64,000 nucleotides of DNA from Zygnema circumcarinatum SAG 698-1b (taxonomy: Eukaryota > Plantae > Zygnematophyceae), in the NCBI GenBank assembly GCA_037447605.1, contig CM074804.1, forward strand, positions 806,001-870,000. Reading direction: 5' to 3'. The position numbers and the translations under genes were made by a program. The notes below the pieces were generated by a model. The model ran no database searches and was not told the DNA's origin. It saw nothing but the letters and a program-made list of their open reading frames with translations. This document shows, piece by piece, positions 12,094 to 23,736 of the stretch (positions within the stretch are counted from its first letter, which is position 1; each line of letters opens with the position of its first letter).

Positions 12094-15000
12094 CTAAGTT
12101 GGTAAGCCGCCTTTCACCTGAGCAGCCGTACTCCTCTCTCTCTCCTCCTTCCTCATCCTGCTGCTACTGCTGGCTGCACTCCCCATCTCAAAGCGCAAAA
12201 GAAGAGAGTTTGCCATCACTCCCAAGGAGCTGAACCCCATGAGAGCTCCTGCAAGGGGAGGAGTAAGCATGGTGTTTGTGAGAGGGAGAAGCGCTCCAGC
12301 AGCTATAGGAAGGCCCACCTGCATCACCAAATCAGAGTGGGGGGAGAGTGGGGTGAGAAAGGAGGGATAGAGAAGAGAGGGGGAGAGAGAGGGAGGGAGA
12401 GCACCATGTCAGGCAGTGAAGTCCAGACAGCATCTGCTGTACAGGCTATCTTCAGTGAGGGTAAAGTTCAGGCGTTGAATATTAGATCAACCAATTTCTC
12501 TACTTGACTCATGAAGCGTAGCCTCGGTAAGAAAAAACAAGGGCCTACGAACAGAAGCTTTGATGATTTGATCTTACCAAGTTATACAGGAAGGCCCAGC
12601 CGAGATTTTGGCGAATTTTTCGGAGCGTTGCTTTGCTCAACTGCACTGCTTCGACTGCCTGCATAAAGCAAATGCTGCCCCTTAGTAGACAATCTCCTTT
12701 CTCGTTCTTGTTGTTGTTGTGCAAATGCAGTACTTTTAAGCAGGCTTGGAAGCACAACCTACAGGCAATGCGTCCTTTAGTTCCTAGCTTAGCTCCCTCT
12801 CTCTCGTCATATAGGTTGCAATCTATCTCACTCCGCTACGCAACGGAAAAACTTTAGGAACATAAAAGTCCAAGAAAAGCAAGGGAAAAGAGATACACTA
12901 AGTGAAAAAACATAGTGAGTGTTTGCCAACACATGCCGATGAACAAAGAAACTGACAAGAACTGCTCCTGCCTCCTCACCTGTGACAGCTTGTCGCGCAT
13001 GAGAACAATAGATGCAACCTCGCTCGCTGCTCCCACTCCCCCTGCCATGGCTATGCCAACGTCGGCCTGAGCTAAAGCAGCAGCATCATTCACTCCATCT
13101 CCCACCATAGCTACTTTCCGTCCACTTTCCTGCAGCTTAGAAACAAAAGCTGCCTTGCCATCTGGTTGGATTCCTGCATACACCTGCAAAAAAGGAAAAA
13201 TAAAAATCATACAACACAACAAGTATAGGTATGGTATGGCGCTTTTAGGGTCTAGGGTCTTTCAAGTAATTTGTCAGATATAGTGTGGAAGTTCCGAAAA
13301 ACTAATGTCGGTTTCAGTTGTAGGCCTTGAGCTGTTGTTCAAAGAACAATGTTCAACTAAAGAAGTTGATTTCACCACTAGAAGCAAATCGATCTTTGTT
13401 CTTACCATGTTTTCAAGAATGCCAACTTTTCGTGCCACAGCAAGAGCAGCAGAATGCCGGTCTCCTGACAACATGGCGACATCAAAGCCCATCTCACGCA
13501 GAGACCTCACTGTGTCTTGAGATTCCTCTCTAACCTGCCCCTCCCGTCACTTGCCCACAGAGTGAAGAGAGGGAAGAAAGGGAAAGGAAGGGAGAGGGAC
13601 TATAGAGAAAGAGAGAATCTACACTCTTAACAGGGTGAGAAGAAGATGGGAGAGAAAGGACAGAGGGAGAGAGAAGAAAGCGAAAGGAGGAGAGAAAAAA
13701 GGAGGAAGCGGGGAGGGTAGAACCTACTCACCTCGTCCACCAAAGCCATTGAACCGGCAATTTTTCCGTCAATTCCGACATAGATCATTGTTTTTGTATC
13801 GTCAACTAACGTTCCGACTTGTGGCAACTCTCCTTCTGCTCCAAGCCTCCTCACCCACTCTATTGTTCCCACACTCACACGCTTCCCCTCCACCATAGCT
13901 ACTGCTCCTGCTCCCGGCTCCTGCTCAAAGCTTCCCTCTTGAACCTGTCAGGCAGACCCAGAAAAATTCAAATTTTCAGTTCATTTATTAGATTTGGTGG
14001 CAAATCCTCGTTTTATTTTGCATTCTTTCAACTCTCTTTCGTTGTACAGAAGGTGGAAGAGAGGGAGAGAGAGAGAGAGAGAGAGTGAGAGCTCCTACCT
14101 CCACACTCCTGCAGCCTGCAGCTTTGGCTGCATTCACAACCGCCTGTGCGAGAGGATGTGTAGTGAGCCTCTCTACTCCAGCAGCCATGGCCAAAAGCTC
14201 CGACTTCTCTGAGACACTGCCCATGACAACCAAAACATCTTACTTGCTCAATATAAAAAATCATAAAAAGGCAAAGAAAACCATCCACACGTAGTGGCCT
14301 CTGCGAAAAAAGCAGACATGTCGCAGCATTTTGGACCCTAAAAGTTGCAAGGGAAAAAGGATAAACTCAGGGTATTTCAAGTCTGCTTTTCTACCTGTCA
14401 ATAGTGAAGATGTTGGTTATAACAGGTCGTCCTAAAGTGAGTGTTCCGGTTTTGTCAAACACGACAGTATCTATTGAAGAAACTTTCTCTAACACATCGC
14501 CTCCCCGGATGAGCAAGCCCCTTCTCGCCCCTAAGCCAGTGCCCACCTGCTCACAACCGCATAATCACAAACAGGAAAAATGTAGCCTGAAAACGGGGGC
14601 ATAAAACACGACAAAGAAAGAAACGAAGCGAAGATCAGAAGAAGGGCTGCAAAGCGTTCTTTAGTCAGATGCAGTGACGAAGAACTTACCAGCACTGCTG
14701 TTGGCGTGGCCAAACCAAGGGCACAGGGACACGCAATCACCTGCCAAATGTTCAAAATACAAAGGTTCAAAATGCGAAGGTTCAAAATGCGAAGGTTCAA
14801 AATGCGAAGGTTCAAAATGGCAAACTCCAAAGGGAAAGAACAACAAGGAACATGACGGAAATAGCCCCAAATCGGGGCTTTTTGTGCACTTACAAGCACA
14901 TTGCATGCAAGTTGGAGGGCGAGAAGGAGGGGTCCTCCCGCAGGCACTACTGCCGGAAAGAGAAATCGTCCCGCAGTGCTCCAAAAGGCAAAGGTGGCAG

Positions 15001-18000
15001 CAGACAAGCCCATCACTCCGTAACAGAATTTTCCGGAGACCTGGTAGCAAAGAAACAGGTTTTTGAATGGTCCCGGCATGAAAAGCCGAGAGGACAAAAG
15101 CAAGAAAGTAAGCAGGTCTGAGGTCTTCGAGTTCGAAAAATACACTACTAGTACCTATAAATACTACAAACAACCTTTTGAAAGCCTGGAAATGACAGAA
15201 AATGCAAGGTGAAATGGGACTGAAAACCACGAGTAATCCAATCGGAAGGAAGGGCCTGACCTCATCCGCGAGTCGCTGCACGGGAGGTTGGCGAGTCTGA
15301 GCCTCCTCCACCATCCTCACAATGTCGGCGAGGACCGTCTCTCCGCCCGCACGCTTCGCCTCTACCACTATCGCTCCATTAAAGTTCACAGAGCCGGCAG
15401 TCACCTCGTCCTGCACTCAGAGTATAAATATTTTTTATTTTTTTATATTTTTTATCATTTTGTACAAAAATATGGAGTTGTTCGAAGCACGTGGTTTGAT
15501 CTTGAAATTTTTGTATGAAAATGGAATGGCAGAAGATGGGGCCCACCCCCGCCTTTTTGAGAACAGGTAGAGGCTCTCCCGTGAGACTTGACTCGTCCAC
15601 TGTTGTGCGGCCACCTGTCACCACTCCATCAACCGGAATCCTGTCCTGCGACCGCAGTACTTTTTCGGTTTTTGAATGGATTGAATACTAAGTATGGGGC
15701 TCTGATATTCCATATTCCATAACAAAGGCAATGCTCTGATTTTTTTTTTTTTTTTTTTTTGGCTCACTCCAATAACCATAATATCAAAAGTTTATTCGTT
15801 GCTAATCTTGCCTTTCTTGCAACGCGACAAACGAGATAGGCTATTTAAAATTTAACTGTTAAGATCAATTGTCTTCAGTTTGAGGACTGTTTTTGCATTG
15901 GCACTCACCCCTGGGAGGACCAATACGATGTTGCCAGATGTCAATGTGTCTATGGGGACAGTCATTGAGTTGGGGAGTTCATTCCCTTGCAATGCTTTAG
16001 CCCCATCGGATGAATCTGACTCATCGACAACGAGCCGTGCTTGAGATGGGAGCAGATTGAGGAGGGCGGTCATGTCGCTGGTGGCCTGAGATAGGCAGAT
16101 GTGAAACACATTTACAAGATCAATTTAACAGTAGAAACTTCCCTACTTGCTGGAAGCTTAGGAAAGTACGAGACAATTCAGGGATAAGCCGGAGAAAAAG
16201 CAAAGTAGCATGCTAAGGGACCTTATGTTAAGAGCTTCCTTCAGCTGCGCGGGCCCACCTGCAGTTTCGCCCTCTCCTCCACTGCTCTTCCCAGCAATAC
16301 AAACGCGAGCAGCATTACAGGCTCCTCGAAAAAGGTGGGCCACCCCTGTGCGTTTCAACACAAGAAATGCGCCTCTTTAAATGATAATTTTCTTAGTGGT
16401 CAATGCAATACTTAACATTCTCTTAAAGTATCCGCAAGAAGTGACATATTGTACACGGATTCTGCAGTACCGACAGCAGCGTGCCAACAAGCAGACCCTA
16501 CAGACCATTGCTTCGAAAGGATTGATTGCAGGAATGCAAATGCTCACTTGCTGAGTAAAGTGCAGTCTGAACTAAGCTCTCTTGCACTCACAAGAGAAAA
16601 AAAAAGATGCTGGTTTTCCCAGCAGCGCCTAAGTGATGCATAGAGTGAGCACAAAGCAGCTATTATGGCTAGCTAAAACAAAGTGGTAGTGGGAGGAAGC
16701 TCACCAAGCTTGGCAGGAGGGAAGCCACTGAGCTGACTGCAAAAGATGACAATGCTCCAAGGCCGACCAGAGTGTTCATATTGGGACTGTTCCGTCGGAG
16801 ACTGTTCCAACCATCCTTGAGCAGTCTATCCCCATTCACACCATGAAGCAGCATTGAACAAAGTCAAACATTGTGAAGTGGAGGTACACGTAAAGGAAGC
16901 CTTGTAGCCAGTCCCAAGATGATCTAGCCTACTCACATTTGATGCTGCAATTGATTCTGTTTGGAGGTCAAAATAGGAGTGGCAAGATCTATTGAAGTTG
17001 AGAATCTTTAAGCCATATATCTAAGCTGCCTGCTGCACCTTTCCACTTAGCGGCACACCTTTAAGTGCCATGAATTTCAGTGCTGCAGAGAAAGGCAAAC
17101 TCACTCTCTTCCTGGGCCAACCAAAGCCGCTATGGAAAGCATCACATGGAAGTTTGTTGAGTGCAGGAATCTCAGCCAAACAGGAAGTGCTCCTTTAAGG
17201 AAATGGGCCGCATGGCCCACAAGGCAGGCAGCTGCAAGAGCCCACGCGACTGCCATCCTGCGCCCTGCACCAAAATTTCAAGAAGCAATTAGGGGCAAAA
17301 TAGCCAGACTACTCTCTAGAATATTAACCACGTGTGTGAGTAAGCCTGCTTTGTTCGAATGGTGAGTGAAAGAAATGTTTTTAAACAATTCACAAAATCA
17401 GGTCGCGTGTTCAAAGAAGGAGAAACAAAACTTCACCACTTTCTTTTAGTCGTTGAAGCCGCTCTTGACGCTTCCGTTCAGCTGCTGGTACGGTTCCTGC
17501 TGTCTTATTGGTCTCTGAGTGCCCACACAGTACACAAGAATTAACGATTGAGTTGGTGATTGAAATGAATACGAAATAGGGTCCTGAACTGCATTAACGT
17601 CCTCACAAAGCTCCTTGGCTAAGGATGCCGATAAGCCCAACATGCGAAGAGAAAAGCTCCCAGCTCAGCTTGTAGTATTTAAATAGGAGCCCTACCTCGC
17701 ACAGCAGTTGTAAAGCCGCACTCAGTAAGATGCTCCGCCAGGGCTTTTGCAAGACCCTGCTTTGCTTTCTCTCCACTTGGCAGGCTTGCAGGCTCAGACA
17801 GTTGAACGCGTACCAAGGCTGTTTCTGTGGCCAAATTCACCGACGCAGAAGATACTTGAGGCTGCCATGGATGAGAGGACAGCAATTTGCGTTCAGTGGC
17901 CACTTTCCTTACAAACAGAAAAGAGCCTCTTTGTGCATTTCCAGCACTGGGGACCATTATGCGACTGGACTGGACTACGTCACAAGTTGGAGGCTGCTTG

Positions 18001-19352
18001 ACAACTGAATACACCAACATCGATTCACGACGACATAGATTTGCATATAATATTGTGATGGTGAAAAGGAATGGGAACCGTAGACTTAGCTAGTGCTTCT
18101 CGAACGATCTTTCTAATTATAGGTAGTGTGTGTGTGCACCCCGTATAACTCATCACTAAGCGTGATTCAGTTAGGCACCGTTAGTAGTGCTCTCTCACCT
18201 GAGATTCCAGAATCTTCTTCACTGAAGCAGCACAGCCTCCACAAGACATACCCTGTTGCCAAAAATCAGATGCTCATTTGTGAAAAAAATGTCTTGGCAT
18301 TTTCAGTTGAAAATTTCACTTAGCCATTAAGGCAAGCTACTAACCTTTATCCCCTAAATTCTCATTGGATTTACAGTCCATTGTTTGAAATTAGCCTTTT
18401 CCCGATTCTATAATGCATGACATTCGAGAACCAACCTCTGATCAATAAAGGGCAAGATAGCCTAAATGTAGAAACATAATTGATGGATACCCGTAAAGAG
18501 CAGATTCTTCCAATGCACCTCATCGGCATTCTCAGAGACTACGCTTCAAAATACGTTTATTTTACTCACCCCAACTTCCAAAACAATGATAGCTGCTGGA
18601 CTCCCTTCGTCAACAGTGCTCCCTGCAACACTCTGAGCACTGCCAGCGCCTCCGAATCCGCGGCCACCCCTCCCACCAGAACCGCCAAAGCCGCCTCCTC
18701 CACTTCCTTTGCCAAAATTTCCACCTCCATATGCTTCTGTTGCAATGCCGCTAGACTCAGGGAAGGGAAAATGTGCCGCAGAAATGCTGGCTGTGTGGAG
18801 GCTGCCGCGAGGGCAGCAGAAGGGAAGCACTTTTGCAGCATGGAGGAGCAGCGAGAGGTGGTTTCTGCTGTTAGAATCGGGAGGTGCTAGCCACATGATA
18901 GCATGTAGGCGCTTGAGTTGTCTCATTCTTGCAGCTTTGGAGCATCTTTGTGTGAGGGAATGAGAAAAGGAAATTTGCCTGTTGGGGATGCTGCAATGTT
19001 GGGAGCATAATGCCACATTTTTTGCCTGGGAACGGTGAATTGGCTGTTGGGAAGTAGCTGCAAGTGCTGCCATGGGTGTGGCAGCTGCATGCAACAAAGG
19101 CAGGGTTCCGAAGGAGCTCCAGGAAGCACATGCCTGTGCCATGCGGGAGCTGCTGCATTGCAGCCTACTCCTAAACATAGGCCTTGTCAATGCCCTTCCC
19201 AAAAGCTCGGGTGAAGCCCTTGGTGGAAGACAGCTCAATATCTGGCTTGTTGCAGGCTGCTGAGAGCAGCGCAAACACGGCAAGCCTCGGCGCAGAGGCA
19301 CATGCCAATTTAGAGAGGTATGGATACGCAATGGCGTCTGCTGCAGCGCCAT
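12094..19352 (-). CDS. PAA1: Chloroplast copper-transporting P1B-ATPase (PAA1/HMA6-like), multi-exon
   Basis: Long transit-peptide-like exon with a Gly-rich stretch. HMA exon [18 protein letters not shown] (~18197-18252), [63 protein letters not shown], and C-terminal [18 protein letters not shown] typical of PAA1. Confidence 0.93.
14747..14820. repeat. Intronic 15-bp tandem repeat (AAGGTTCAAAATGCG) x ~5
   Basis: Directly visible next to the acceptor of the CPC exon of PAA1. Confidence 0.85.
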
Positions 19353-20373
19353 GGCTGCTGCTGCTCTGCTCTGAGCAGCCTGAAAAGAAGCGGGAAAGGG
19401 AGGAAAATAAAATCTAAAAACTTCTGTTTAATGGCTGCTCGCCATGGAGGCTGCTGCCCAGCCTCCCCGCCATGCACCCCTCCTCCTCGGCCATGGAATG
19501 AGCTCGCCTGTCCCTCCCAGGCGCCCTTTTCGAATCCAGCGTCCAATGGAAATTCGCCACTTGTACAGGATTGCACACGTGGCAGTTTTCCAGTGGGCAA
19601 TGCTCGACTCGAGCTTCACAGAGGATGAGCGGAGAAAGGGAAGCAGCGAAACAGGGCTAATCCTGAAAGCTGTGAAGTTCCTGGTATTATAGTGGCCATG
19701 GCGGCGGTAAGGCCTTGGTATGCGCATTCTTGAATGGCGGCGGGGGGTGGGCGATGATGGATCCTGCAGCCATGTCTGTGAGAAGGGGAGCCTTTTTTCT
19801 GAGGTGGCTGCGTGCATTTATGCAGGCAGGAGTTGCAGTGAATCTAAGACAGTGAGCTTCTCTGGAGCAAAGGACGAAGATTAGGAAGATGAGATATCAA
19901 AAGAATGAACACGACCGTTGAGTACTGCACGAAGGCGTTGCATGTGAACAAGGGGAAGGAGGAGATCATGTCGGCGATGGACAGTTGTTAAGACATTTTA
20001 CTACCAGAACTTGAAGATTGACCTTAAAACGCAAAAAAGAACGCGCTGCAGGAGAGTCGCGCTACGGGTATTGTACGATGGGCCTTCTGAGATGCCCCGC
20101 CCTTACTCCAACTTGAAGTGCCTATGCCTTGTGAGTGATTAAAATACATGTCGATACTTGCATGTAAATGCAGGATGGGACATAGCCAGATGGATGTAGA
20201 GAGGGAGAGAGGACGAGTGATATGGTTTGTTTCATGTATGTTTGTATAGAATGCGTCAAATGTGGGACAAGATGCTGCCCAATTTCTGCCGGGCGAGATT
20301 ATTTTTCAAGAGAACAGAACTCTGCTTTTCACCTCGTGCAGGTGTCTGAACTTGAGTAAGTACACTCGTTCCC

Positions 20374-22044
20374 ATGGCAGAAGAATCTGCCGAATTCAAA
20401 ATTCCATCCAACAGGGTGAGACGTTACACCAGCTGAAATCATTTCATGGAAATTCTGTTAACTCTTAAGTGTGCATGTTCAACCATATGGCTCGCTTTTG
20501 TGTTATATTAATTAACGTGGCGGGGGAAATTCCTTATTTGCCTTCTTTCGCCTTTTGTTCCCTCTGTTCACTATTCAAATTCATGTGCCAATCTCCCTTC
20601 ATTCAGCGTCCTGTGCATAGTTTATCAAGAATCAGCTCGCAGCATACCTGTTTTTCATGGCTTTTGGCATGGTACACCTCTTGTACATACTATCTGGTCA
20701 TGGGTAAACAGTGGCTTTTTGGTGTTTAGGCTGACTAAGTTGTAGCCGATGTGCAGGGATCTTCGCCAGAAGTGGATGAATGGGCCACCACAACTACTGC
20801 CGGCATGCTTGCAGGATTAGTCTATGGTGGCTTCCGTGAGGCTGCTGCAGATCATTCGGTATCCCCTCCCATCCGGTCTCTTCTCGTTGCCCGGAGATAG
20901 TGGTGTTGTGTATGGCTCTCACACGCAACATATGTAGTTCATGCACTTTATAACGGTTGAAGGATTCTAGAATAATCGTTTTGTAGGGTTACATTGCTCG
21001 TCACATAGGAAAAATGCTCCTTTGCGCTTTGGAGTAATCAAGCATGGCTGCTCCTAATACACGCAGCTGTACATTATGTTATGGTGCAGGGAAATAAAGA
21101 TGCAGTGTTACCGCCCGGCCTTTCGTCAGAGCATGCGAGTAAGGCAACCCAAACAGCTCCTCGGCCAACTCCTCGCAGTCTGATGGAAGAGAGGATGATA
21201 CGCATATCTAGGGCGAGCTTTATGGGAGCACTTCAGTTGGGCGCCTTAGCAAGCCTTTTCTCCGGTGTACAGCTCTCTCTTGCAGTTTACCGACAAAAGA
21301 GAGACACAATCAACACTACGGCTGCAGGAGCAGCAACTGCAGCAGCCCTTGGTCTAGCAAGTGGGTTATGCTGTGATTCACAATCCCCCGCCCCCTGCAT
21401 TTTGATAAGCATGTCCTTTCAGTGCTATGCATGATCTCACATGCTTAGAAAACTCGACTAAAAAAGTTGGCTGAATGGTTGGCGCAGTGCCTGGCTCAAT
21501 TACGGCGCGGTTACGTGGAGCGGCTGTGGGATTGGCTGTTGGTTCTGTGCTCGCTTTTCCGTTAGGTACATTCTTGGAACCCGATACCTTTAACAACGGT
21601 CGTCCCTTGACTGTAGAGACTCCATTAGATACATTCTCAGTGTCGTTAATTGTATGAATACTTCAAAGCCTTATTTTTAGATGCTTGCAAATGGATATTA
21701 GAAGGACCATGCAAAAAAATCGTTCTTTGCTTGGTCCCCTGCATAACATGTATTTTAACGTGAACTTACCATGGATTGGAGGTCTTTAGAATCTGAAGCA
21801 CAGGGTCGACGAGCTAATTGTATAAGCCATCTTGACACTATGGACAGGTATCATTCAGACCGCCCTTCAAAGCGTGCTGCCACAAGAGGAGAGAGCGTCT
21901 ATCTCTGCCCCCAAAGAAGGGCCGGATGGTGTGGAGCAGGCAATTCAGCGCTTAGAACAGCACTTTGAGCAGCGCTCTATGGAGAAGAATGATTCTCCGC
22001 ATCTGGCAGAGAGAGACGGAGAGGGGCTCAGTCAGAAAGACTAG
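20374..22044 (+). CDS. Tim17/Tim22/Tim23 (PRAT) family membrane protein, 5 coding exons
   Basis: Spliced: MAEESAEFKIPSNR|GSSPEVDEW...GLVYGGFREAA|...MEERMIRISRASFMGALQLGALASLFSGVQLSLAVYRQKRDTINTTAAGAATAAALGLA|..PGSITARLRGAAVGLAVGSVLAFPLG|...SQKD*. The RQKRD.IN..AAGAATAA motif is the Tim17-family signature. The ATG has an in-frame stop upstream. Resembles the At5g63000-type subfamily (from recall). Confidence 0.8.
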
Positions 22045-22610
22045 CAGCAGCCCCATATCTGAAAAACACCACTTATGGACGAGCTCAAGCACTCAGGCAT
22101 TCATTTCATCACTGCTGTTGGTTGCTGCAGTTTCTTGACTTGGGCATGGGATAAGAGAGGGATTGTTGTTTTCGCTTCCATGAAGACTTGCATGTGCAAG
22201 GTTCACGCAAAGTGACGACGAAAAGAAAATACCAGGACATCATCATTCGTGAAAGCACCAAGGCATCCAAGCACATGAGCGAATTTTGGGCAAAAACAGT
22301 TGCCTTCATTGACCTTATAAGTTAGTTCACAATACTGCTTTAACCCTAAAGTCTTCGACTAAAACTGCCAGAGTTGGTCAACGGGACAATACATAGCAAC
22401 TAGCACTAAAAATCTGTGGAGATCTAAACTTCATTCGAATAAGGAAACCTTGAATTCCTTCCAAGTACCCTAACTTTGCCAGAGCAGCAAAAGGCCCAAA
22501 AAAAAAAAGGGACCGTCTTATTCGGAACAGCCCGATGCAAGCCATCACCCAAAGGGCACGCTCCAAGGGATGTGACAGTTGTCACGTTATTTTCTCCATT
22601 TAGTTTTCTA

Positions 22611-23680
22611 TCAATTTGAAAGGGCGACATAAAAGACGAACAAAATGGGCAGCGATAACAACGTGCCGAGAGTTACCCTGTCATACAAACAAGATTCCAA
22701 ACTCAAGACATTAAAAAAAACAAACAACATCAATGAACATAATGAAGACCTTCCCTTTCCGCAGATCGGAGCTCCTAAACTCGGATACTTTTTTTTGATA
22801 AGATTCCCCTTGAGGTGAGAAGGCAATCAGCCAGAATGAACCCTCCCAGTGGAAGCCATGGATGAACTCATCAGCAAAGGAGAGTGCCCTCTGGAAAACT
22901 AGATCCCTCCCTATACCTCCTCTCTCCAACTCCTCCTCCTCGCTTCCTCAACTCTCCTTCTGTCTCCGGTCTTCACTAGTGTAAGGACCCACATGACTCG
23001 AGTTCCTTGACTACAACTAAGGGGTGAATGCAATGCTTCTCCCTCCCCCTCTCCCCCTCTCTCTCCCTCTCCCCCTCTCTCTCTCTCCCGCCCTCACCTA
23101 CCTCCCCCCACAAGCCCCCATATAGGAGGTAGTCTCCCACTCACCCCGTACTCGCCACCTCCGGAAGCACCTTGTACTCGCTCGCAAACACGAAGGGAAT
23201 GATGCCTTGAGGCAGGGCCGCCTGCAGCACAAGGACAGCCCTGCTGCCACGTGTCAGCTTCAGACAGGCCGAAATGCCTTCCATCTAATTTCACCCATTG
23301 TATAGAAGGGGAGGAAGAAGAGATGAAGCCCCAAAAAACCTTTGAAACCTACAATAGACCGCACTGAATGTAATTATTTTTAAGGGAAATTGGTCTCCAA
23401 AAGACGGACCTGCACAATGGCGATGCGCAGCAGGTCCCCTTTGAGCCCAAAAGCGGCGGAAATTCCGCCAATGATCGCTGGAGTGAGAGCAAAACGGAGC
23501 AGCCCTGTCCATGTGGCGGTCCAAAGACCACATGGAACCCAGCTGCGCTGATTAGCAGAGAACAGTCCTGCAAGACATGGAGACTCACACATAGAAACGA
23601 TCACTGAAATGACAGAACATTCACAAACAAGCCAACGTTTTCAAAAATGACTTTTCGTTTCCAGCAGAGCAGGAGGGTGG

Positions 23681-23736
<56 letters not shown>
